Shown here one piece after another: positions 9,046 through 16,136 of a DNA stretch of 34,300 nucleotides (within the stretch, counting starts at the first letter, position 1; each line of letters starts with the position of its first letter). Source of the stretch: Sodaliphilus sp. (lineage in GTDB: Bacteria; Bacteroidota; Bacteroidia; Bacteroidales; Muribaculaceae). The stretch is taken from NCBI GenBank assembly GCA_036795635.1, contig DAIREJ010000003.1, positions 1-34,300 of the forward strand, given 5' to 3'. A model generated the notes under the pieces. It made no database searches. It was not told the DNA's origin and was given only the letters and a program-made list of their open reading frames with translations. Made by a program: the position numbers and the translations under genes.

Positions 9046-9570
9046 TTAGGAGAGTGCCTGCATCTGGATCATCGAGATCAGCGGCCAGGTGAGGATACCC
9101 AAGATGATAGAAGCGATGCACCACCAGGCACCTGTCTCGCTAGCACGCTTTGCCCCCTCAATGTCGCCCTCGCGGTACTTGTTCTGCACCTTGATGGCAT
9201 AGATGATGGCGACAATACCGGCAGGCAGACAGCACAACAGCGTGCTGATGATAGCCCATACCAGGTTGGTGGGCGGGCACTCGGCTGCGGGCGCATCTTG
9301 AACAGGCTGGGAGCCTGCATACTGCGGTTGCTGCTGAACGGGCTGATAAGTGGTTTGCTGCGTGGGTTGGACAGGCTGTCCGCTCACGACACCGTCCTGC
9401 GCTTGCTCAGCCATGTAAAAACCTTGCAACTCGGGAACCTGAGTAATGTTCACCCACTCATTCAAGCCCTCATGCCACACAAAGGCCTTAGAGGTGAGTT
9501 TCATCTCCTTGATGGCATCCAATTCCAGGGGGCCAGTCTGCTCTCCATTGTGATTAATCCAATACTGCAT
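9046..9570 (-). CDS. GYF_2 (DUF4339) domain + CD225/dispanin membrane protein
   Basis: N-terminal YWI..NGEQTGP...VWHEGLNEW (GYF_2-like), Q/P-rich linker, C-terminal LVWAIISTLLCCLPAGIVAI...GDIEGA..AS..A (CD225); start MQYW at 9570. Confidence 0.85.
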   Translation of the reverse strand: MQYWINHNGEQTGPLELDAIKEMKLTSKAFVWHEGLNEWVNITQVPELQGFYMAEQAQDGVVSGQPVQPTQQTTYQPVQQQPQYAGSQPVQDAPAAECPPTNLVWAIISTLLCCLPAGIVAIIYAIKVQNKYREGDIEGAKRASETGAWWCIASIILGILTWPLISMIQMQALS

Positions 9571-9596
9571 AATGTTTTCTTCAATGTTTATTGTCG

Positions 9597-9702
9597 CAAA
9601 AGTACAAATAATATTTGACACAATGAAAAATATCCACAACAAGTTCATTGGTTGTTTTTTTCTGTAAAAGGCCTTCATTGTGAAATTTTTATCGTACATT
9701 TG
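9597..9702. promoter_or_regulatory. Divergent promoter pair
   Basis: TACTTTTG on the minus strand (9597-9604) and TACATTTG on the plus strand (9695-9702) in an AT-rich spacer. Confidence 0.7.
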
Positions 9703-9742
9703 CAAATCATAATTAACCACTTGAGATCAACCAAGATATTTC

Positions 9743-12007
9743 ATGAAAAAACTAATAATACTGCTCATCATCTGTTTGTGTGCCATGACAGCGTCCTTGG
9801 CACAGACGCAGGCCGGATATGTGAAAACCAGGGGAAAAATGGGCAGCAACGGCCATGTGATTCCCGGCTCACGTCTCGCAGGAGCTACCGTACGAATCAA
9901 GGGACACAATGCCGTGGTCTCCCAGACCGGCGGCACGTTTTCTTTTCCCATCCCTGGAGGCAAATTCTATGTGCAGGGCGTGACAAAGCAAGGCTATGTC
10001 CTCACTGACCCCGAGTCAACCATCAGGCAGTATGACTATTCCTCCAAGCCGCTAATGCTGGTCATGGAATTGCCTGAACGCCAAACAGCCGACAAGCTTG
10101 AGAATGAGCGCAAAATTCGCCGCACACTGCAACGCCAGCTCCAAAACAGGGAAGACGAGATAGAGGCCCTCAAAGAAGAAAACCGGATTACAACCGCACA
10201 ATATCAAGAAGCCCTGAGGCAACTCTACGATCAACAGCAGAGCAATGAACGCTTGATCAGCGATATGGCCGAACGCTACTCCCGGATTGATTTTGACCAA
10301 GAGGACGAATTCAATCTGCGCATCAGCGACTGTATCCTTAACGGACGGCTGACCGAGGCCGACTCATTGCTACGTTCCAAGGGAGACATCAATGCCCGCA
10401 TCGAAGAGTTGAACCAGCACCACGAAGCCAATATGCAGACGCGTTCCAATCTGGAAAAAAGCGAAGCGATGGAGCTCAAAAACAGACAAGACATCGCTCA
10501 AGACTGTTACCACTTTTTTGAGAAATTCTTCATGGAACACCAGAACGATTCTGCAGCACGATACATCGAGTTACGAGCCAGACTGGACGAGAACAATCCT
10601 CAGTGGCAGTTTGACGCAGGATGCTTCTTCCAGAAACGTGGACGCCAGCAGCAAGCCGACGAATATTACCGACGCGCTTTAGACAGCGCACGGGAACTCG
10701 CCAAAAACGACCCGCAAGCGTTTGATCCCATGTTGGCCCACACGCTCAACAACGTGGCGTTGCTGCGTGCCGAGCAGCGACGCATTGACCAAGCCGCCGA
10801 CCTCTACCAGGAGGCATTGGATATCTACAAGCGCCTAGCCCAAGAGATGCCACAGGTTTATGATGCCTATGTCGCATCGGTGCAGAACAACCTCGCCCTA
10901 CTCTACTCCAACAGCAAAAACACCTTTGTAGATAGCGAGGACCTTTTCAGCGAAGCCCTTGGCACCTATCTCAACCTGGCCAAGGAGGATGCCCGCGCTT
11001 TCATGCCACGCATGGCGGCGGTGATGAACAACCTGGGGTTGCTCTACAACACCAACGGTTATTTCCAAGAGAGCGAGAAAATGCACAGCGATGCACTCGA
11101 CATCTACCGCAAGCTCGCCAGCAACGAGCCGCAAGCCTATCAGGCCGACGTGGCAGCGACATTGAACAACCTGGCTGCCTTGTATCACCACAATGGCGTC
11201 AACGGGCAAGAATGCGAGGCCATGCTCGACGAAGCAGTGCGCATCTATCGCCAGTTGGCCAACGATGATATGGACCTCAATGGTCCCAAGTTGGCGGCCA
11301 CACTTTCCAACCTGGCCATCCAGCATCACAATCACCGACTCAGCGACAAGGGATACATGACGAATGAAGAGGAGTTAGCGGTCTATGCCACCCTGGCGCA
11401 AAACGCACCAGGCATCTATCTGCCACAACTGGCCCAGAAAGCCTATGAACTGGGCATCACTTGCTACCAGACCGACAGGCTCGAACAGAGCAGCCGTTTT
11501 TTCCGACAAGCGCTTGACGCCTATCGCGGTTTGGCGACAAACGACCCCGAAACCTATCGGCCCGACGTGGCCAAGGTGTTGAGAAACCAGGCCACCGTGC
11601 TGGACATGCAACACCAAGGTCAGCAGAGCGAAGAACTGTACCTTGAAGAGTTGGCCATCAATCAGGAACTGGCAAAAGCCGATCCTGCACAATATGAGCC
11701 TGACGTGGCGCGCTCCTACGGCAATCTGGCGAATCACGCGCTGCTCAAAGGCGAGTTCCAGCAAGCCGTGGAATTGTCTCAACAAGGCCTGACGCATGAC
11801 AGCACCAAATTGTTTATCCAGGCCAACCTCGCGCTGGCCTATTTGTGTCTGGGTGACATGACCCGCGCACGCGAGATCTACCAGCAGTATGCCGGGAGTC
11901 TGAGGGAGACCTTCCTCGATGACCTGCATCAGTTCGGTGCCCTCGGGGTGATCCCGCCCGAGCGGCAAGCCGATGCGCAAGCCATGATTGAATACCTTTC
12001 CAAATGA
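9743..12007 (+). CDS. Exported tetratricopeptide repeat protein (beta-sandwich N-domain, coiled coil, ~10 TPRs)
   Basis: Sec signal peptide (ASLA|Q); GATVRIK..VVS..GGTFSF resembles a carboxypeptidase-regulatory-like domain; charged coiled coil; about eight 46-47 aa repeats of A.TLNNLA.LY...AL.IYR.LA...P..Y.P plus two shorter TPRs. Confidence 0.85.
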   Translation: MKKLIILLIICLCAMTASLAQTQAGYVKTRGKMGSNGHVIPGSRLAGATVRIKGHNAVVSQTGGTFSFPIPGGKFYVQGVTKQGYVLTDPESTIRQYDYSSKPLMLVMELPERQTADKLENERKIRRTLQRQLQNREDEIEALKEENRITTAQYQEALRQLYDQQQSNERLISDMAERYSRIDFDQEDEFNLRISDCILNGRLTEADSLLRSKGDINARIEELNQHHEANMQTRSNLEKSEAMELKNRQDIAQDCYHFFEKFFMEHQNDSAARYIELRARLDENNPQWQFDAGCFFQKRGRQQQADEYYRRALDSARELAKNDPQAFDPMLAHTLNNVALLRAEQRRIDQAADLYQEALDIYKRLAQEMPQVYDAYVASVQNNLALLYSNSKNTFVDSEDLFSEALGTYLNLAKEDARAFMPRMAAVMNNLGLLYNTNGYFQESEKMHSDALDIYRKLASNEPQAYQADVAATLNNLAALYHHNGVNGQECEAMLDEAVRIYRQLANDDMDLNGPKLAATLSNLAIQHHNHRLSDKGYMTNEEELAVYATLAQNAPGIYLPQLAQKAYELGITCYQTDRLEQSSRFFRQALDAYRGLATNDPETYRPDVAKVLRNQATVLDMQHQGQQSEELYLEELAINQELAKADPAQYEPDVARSYGNLANHALLKGEFQQAVELSQQGLTHDSTKLFIQANLALAYLCLGDMTRAREIYQQYAGSLRETFLDDLHQFGALGVIPPERQADAQAMIEYLSK

Positions 12008-12051
12008 CATTAATCACTACATAATAATCACTAAACTATTCCAAAACCATT

Positions 12052-12882
12052 ATGAAAAAATTATTATTATTAATCTTCACAATTAACTGTGTATTAACCA
12101 GCTACGCCACCGAGCAAGGAGACACCACCGTGATGTCGCTCAATGACATCATCGCAATGGAAACCCAGAGCAAAGCTGATTATGAAAATGTAAACCGCCT
12201 GCGTGAGATCTGGAGTCACACCACCTTCTTGAACATCAGTTACAACAAAACGAAATTCTCGTCCGATGAGTTTCCTTCGACAAAAAACAGTTTCACAAAT
12301 GAGTTAGAAAACAACATGGGTGTCGGTCTGCAGTGGGGACATACCTACAACTTCCACAAGAACCCTATCGGGAAGGTCCTCTTCTTCGGTCTTGATTTCA
12401 CTTGGATGGACCTGAATTTCAACAAGTACAAAAAAGACATCGTTCCCCAAGAATACACCAACGAGGGGCAAATCCAAAACCTGCCTTGGCACAATGAGAA
12501 GATGACTTTGGGATATGCCATGTCCATCGGTCCATCGCTCACATTATACCCGTTCACTGCGTTGAACAAACAGGGCAGCAGCAAAATCCGCCTCCACTTT
12601 TACTTCCATGTGGGTTACGGTGCCGAGGGTGCCTTGATCAAGGACGCTATGGAAGAAAAAGAAATCTCAATGGAAAAAAAAGAAATCTCAGACCAGTGGG
12701 CTTGGGCTCACGGCTTGCACACGGCCTTCGGCGCCAACATATCTTGGGACCACATCGGCCTGGGATATGAATTCCGCAACGACGGAAACTTGAAATACAA
12801 GCCTATTGACGATGATTTCGGCACCAACAAGATGAAAGTGAAAGAGAAAACCGGTCGTCTTTACATACAATTCCGTTGGTAA
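12052..12882 (+). CDS. Putative outer-membrane beta-barrel protein
   Basis: Signal peptide; amphipathic strands (FLNISY, VGLQWG, FFGLDF, LHFYFHVGYG, IGLGYEF); C-terminal YIQFRW fits a BAM beta-signal. Confidence 0.7.
   Translation: MKKLLLLIFTINCVLTSYATEQGDTTVMSLNDIIAMETQSKADYENVNRLREIWSHTTFLNISYNKTKFSSDEFPSTKNSFTNELENNMGVGLQWGHTYNFHKNPIGKVLFFGLDFTWMDLNFNKYKKDIVPQEYTNEGQIQNLPWHNEKMTLGYAMSIGPSLTLYPFTALNKQGSSKIRLHFYFHVGYGAEGALIKDAMEEKEISMEKKEISDQWAWAHGLHTAFGANISWDHIGLGYEFRNDGNLKYKPIDDDFGTNKMKVKEKTGRLYIQFRW
12649..12690 (+). repeat. 21-bp in-frame tandem duplication
   Basis: ATGGAAGAAAAAGAAATCTCA / ATGGAAAAAAAAGAAATCTCA (1 mismatch), encoding MEEKEIS-MEKKEIS. Confidence 0.9.
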
Positions 12883-14399
12883 TGAACTGCACCAAAAGAA
12901 TTTTCCTTCTGCTGTTGGTCGGGATTTGCGGGGTAGCGATGATGTCTGCCCAAAACACCAATCCCAAATCAGGCAAATGCGGAAGCGACATTGAGTGGAC
13001 CTTTGACGGACGCACATTGTATCTGACCAACAGCAACATACAAAAGGGATTGGTGTCAATCCCCGACTATGACCTGTCCAAGGACCTGGCACCTTGGACC
13101 AAGCAGAAACTGGCTATCCGCAAAGTGGTCATTGGCCATGGCATCGGTCGCATCGGCTCTTGCGCATTCGCCAATTGCGAGGAATTGACTTCGGTCGACT
13201 TCCAGGATGTTTTCCTGATGGAAATCGGCTGGGGCGCCTTCCTCAACTGCAAGAATCTGTTTAATTTCTCCATCCCCGTGAATGTGAAGCGCATCGGCAC
13301 CATATCCTTTGCCAACTGCTCATCGCTCAGGTCGGTGAAGATCCCCAACCTCGCCCGTGTCGAGGATCAGGCCTTCCTCAACTGCACGAACCTCAACCTC
13401 GTCGAGGTGGGTAGCAATGCCTTGCTCGGCAAGGCGACTTTTGCCACCGAGGTGCAGGACAACGGCAAAACGACCTACAAAAACTACTGTGGAGAAATCC
13501 GCAACCTGCCCCAGAACATCAATGTGGACAACTGCTCGGAGTATGGTCTGGACAAGGAGTCGGTGGCCATCTGCCTGAAAAACGCCTTGCCGTTTCAAGA
13601 GAGCGGCAGGGTTTCCGAAGTAGATACCGATGTCCCCGAATCCAAAGTGATGCGTAACGACACCTATGCGCTCATCATCGGCAATGAGCATTACAGGTTC
13701 GTCTCGGATGTGCCTTTTGCCCAAAACGACGCCTTGGTCTTTTCAGAGTATTGCAAGAAGACGCTGGGCATCCCTGCATCCAACGTGCACCTGTGCAATG
13801 ACGCCACCAAGCACATGATTCTGGAACAGGAACTGGATGACTGGCTCACGCATGAGATCACCGACCGCAATTACAAAAAACTCATCATCTACTATGCCGG
13901 TCACGGTGTCCCCGACATCAAGGACCACAACAAGGCCTATCTCTTGCCCACCGATGTCTATGGCACCAAGCCGCATCAAGGCATCGCGCTTGATGAGTTC
14001 TATGCTATGGTCGGCAATCTCGGTTTTGAGCGCGTGACCCTCTTCATTGACGCCTGTTTCAGTGGCGTGAGCCGTGACAATGAGGGCCTGAACGTGGAAC
14101 GCGCTGTAGAGGTTGAAGCACAGACCGCCCTGCCCACAACAGGTAACCTGGTGGTGTTCTCGGCAGCACTTGGCAATGAAACGGCACAAAGCTATCAGGA
14201 AGAAGGTCACGGGTTGTTCACCTACTACCTGCTCAAGGAATTGCAAGAATCTGAAGGCATGATTACCTACGGAAAGTTAGGGCAAGGCATCCAGCGCAAC
14301 GTCAGCAATGTGGCACCCACATTGGAACTGCGCAAGAAACAGACGCCGAGGGCAATCACAACCTACCCCAACAACGACTGGAAAAACTTCAGCTTCTGA
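12882..14399 (+). CDS. Exported BspA-type LRR (LRR_5) + caspase-family peptidase C14 fusion
   Basis: TAATG overlap with the upstream stop; signal peptide; SGKCG..IEWTFD cap and IG..AF.NC..L repeats; ALIIGNEHY, YYAGHG (His codon 13902), IDACFSG (Cys codon 14055), HGLFTYYLL, QTP motifs. Confidence 0.9.
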   Translation: MNCTKRIFLLLLVGICGVAMMSAQNTNPKSGKCGSDIEWTFDGRTLYLTNSNIQKGLVSIPDYDLSKDLAPWTKQKLAIRKVVIGHGIGRIGSCAFANCEELTSVDFQDVFLMEIGWGAFLNCKNLFNFSIPVNVKRIGTISFANCSSLRSVKIPNLARVEDQAFLNCTNLNLVEVGSNALLGKATFATEVQDNGKTTYKNYCGEIRNLPQNINVDNCSEYGLDKESVAICLKNALPFQESGRVSEVDTDVPESKVMRNDTYALIIGNEHYRFVSDVPFAQNDALVFSEYCKKTLGIPASNVHLCNDATKHMILEQELDDWLTHEITDRNYKKLIIYYAGHGVPDIKDHNKAYLLPTDVYGTKPHQGIALDEFYAMVGNLGFERVTLFIDACFSGVSRDNEGLNVERAVEVEAQTALPTTGNLVVFSAALGNETAQSYQEEGHGLFTYYLLKELQESEGMITYGKLGQGIQRNVSNVAPTLELRKKQTPRAITTYPNNDWKNFSF

Positions 14400-14418
14400 T
14401 TCCTCCGGCTAAATCATC

Positions 14419-14459
14419 ATAATAATGGGTGTGCCGTTTGACACACCCATTATTATTTT
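14419..14459. terminator. Bidirectional intrinsic terminator
   Basis: ATAATAATGGGTGTG...CACACCCATTATTAT 15-bp stem between convergent genes, followed by Ts. Confidence 0.85.
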
Positions 14460-14482
14460 AACAATTCTGAACAATAAGATCA

Positions 14483-15325
14483 TCAGAAGTCGCTGAAGAA
14501 GCGGGGACGGATCAGCAGACCGATGCGGATGCGCGAGTGGTATTGGTTATAGTCCAGCATGCTCTCGCCGTAGCCGTTGTAATACTGCAACATGATGAAC
14601 TGGTTGGAATTGTGGTTGATGCGGTAACCCAACTGAACGATGGTGTTGAAGTTCAAGTTCCACCCTTTGCGTTTGACCAGCGTCATGTCCAGCACCCACT
14701 TGTCATCAATGCTCTTAGCCTGGAAACCGGCCTGAGAAATACCCATGTAATTTAAGATGTCTTTGTTGTACTGGCCATCAATGATGGGAATCCAGAATTT
14801 GGCATGCGCCATTAAGTAAGGTGAGATATAGGCTTCACCGGCCCACGAAATTTTGTTCCAGCTGCGGGAAGCTGTACCGTCACGTCCATTAGACTCGTGC
14901 TCAATCATCATGGTGGCCTTGCCGATGAGGTGACCTTTCATGATGATAAAACGCGAGATGCCGATACCGGGATTGAAGTTCAAGTCATGGAAAGGCAGGG
15001 ATTGTTCTAACACATTCCACATCGCCTTCTGCGTGTAGAACAGATACAGATAAGTGTTCCACGGCAACACACTCTTGGTGAGTCGCTGCTGGAAACTGAT
15101 CTGGAACTTGACGTCACTGTTATATTTGGTGGGCTTGCCGCCCAAAACAGTACCACCCACAAAATAGGTGTCCTTGTAAAGGCTGAAGTAAGGCCTGCTG
15201 TCCAGTTCTTCACGAATGCTGTCGGCAATGATGCCCTCTCTACTGTCGGTAACAATCTGGCCACACACTGGAACATTCACCCCTACCAGCACAGCGAGTA
15301 ATAGTGCAAATCGTAATATCTTCAT
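14483..15325 (-). CDS. pldA: Outer-membrane phospholipase A (OMPLA)
   Basis: Start moved to ATG 15325 (MKILRFALL signal peptide); VKFQISF, HESNGRDG..SRSWN active site, YNGYGES.LDYN motifs. Confidence 0.9.
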   Translation of the reverse strand: MKILRFALLLAVLVGVNVPVCGQIVTDSREGIIADSIREELDSRPYFSLYKDTYFVGGTVLGGKPTKYNSDVKFQISFQQRLTKSVLPWNTYLYLFYTQKAMWNVLEQSLPFHDLNFNPGIGISRFIIMKGHLIGKATMMIEHESNGRDGTASRSWNKISWAGEAYISPYLMAHAKFWIPIIDGQYNKDILNYMGISQAGFQAKSIDDKWVLDMTLVKRKGWNLNFNTIVQLGYRINHNSNQFIMLQYYNGYGESMLDYNQYHSRIRIGLLIRPRFFSDF

Positions 15326-15336
15326 CTTTTCCTTTT

Positions 15337-16032
15337 TTATAATATCCACATCAATAAGAACCACAACGGCGGCACGAGCAGGGCGGGCAGCATGTTGAGC
15401 ACATGACAATCCTTGATGCGCAGCAACGACAGACCCGAACCCGTAATGAGCAGGCCGCCCACAATGAGCAACTCGGCCATCAACGCCTCGCTTACGGCCG
15501 TGCTCGAGAGCATCGCCACGCCATAGAACATCCCCTGCCACAAGAACAGCACGGGTGCCGCCAGCAACATCCCGATGCCGTAGGTCGAACCGAAGATGGT
15601 CGCCGTTACCAGGTCGAGCGTCGCGTTGGTGAACAGGAAGGTATGGTCACCCTCCAGCGCACTGATGACAGGACCCAGCATCGACAGCGGCCCGATGCAA
15701 TAGACCAGCGTTGCGGTCGCGAGGCCGTCAGCGAGGCGAGTGCCCGAGGCTGCGCCGCTCTTGTTCTTGCGCTCCACCAACCTGTGGAAACGCCCGTCAA
15801 TGTCAAGCGACACACCCACGATGCTGCCTATCGCCATGGCGGCGATAAACAGCACGGGATACTGGCTTTTGGGCAGGTTGGTCACCACGGCGTTCAGACC
15901 GATGGCGAAACACGCCAGTCCCAACGCGTCATATAGCACATGCTTGTATTTGTCCTTGATGCCCTTGCGCAAGGCCACCCCGATGAGTGTCCCCGCCACG
16001 ATGGTGCAAGTGTTGACAATCGTTCCAATCAT
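15337..16032 (-). CDS. DUF554 (YdfK-like) membrane protein
   Basis: MIGTIVN start at 16032; YCIGPLSMLGP and LFTNATLD motifs; multiple TM helices. Confidence 0.88.
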   Translation of the reverse strand: MIGTIVNTCTIVAGTLIGVALRKGIKDKYKHVLYDALGLACFAIGLNAVVTNLPKSQYPVLFIAAMAIGSIVGVSLDIDGRFHRLVERKNKSGAASGTRLADGLATATLVYCIGPLSMLGPVISALEGDHTFLFTNATLDLVTATIFGSTYGIGMLLAAPVLFLWQGMFYGVAMLSSTAVSEALMAELLIVGGLLITGSGLSLLRIKDCHVLNMLPALLVPPLWFLLMWIL

Positions 16033-16055
16033 AATTGAATATTCATTTTGGGCCA

Positions 16056-16115
16056 CAAAATTACTGCAAAAAACCATGCCTTTCAGCCGAATATTGAAAT
16101 TTATGGTTAAATTTG
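16056..16115. promoter_or_regulatory. Divergent promoter pair
   Basis: TAATTTTG on the minus strand (16056-16063) and TAAATTTG on the plus strand (16108-16115). Confidence 0.7.
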
Positions 16116-16136
16116 CGTTTTCGTTATCACTCAATC

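Noticed and set aside
9605..9617. CAAATA-A-TATTTG inverted repeat in the divergent promoter region
   Set aside because: Short and in very AT-rich DNA; not distinguishable from chance.
9571..14482. TPR-barrel-caspase block as a mobile element
   Set aside because: No integrase, transposase, tRNA or flanking direct repeats are visible; accessory status needs comparative genomics.
15326..15541. N-terminal extension of the pldA ORF in the track
   Set aside because: It overlaps the DUF554 gene; a signal peptide begins at ATG 15325.
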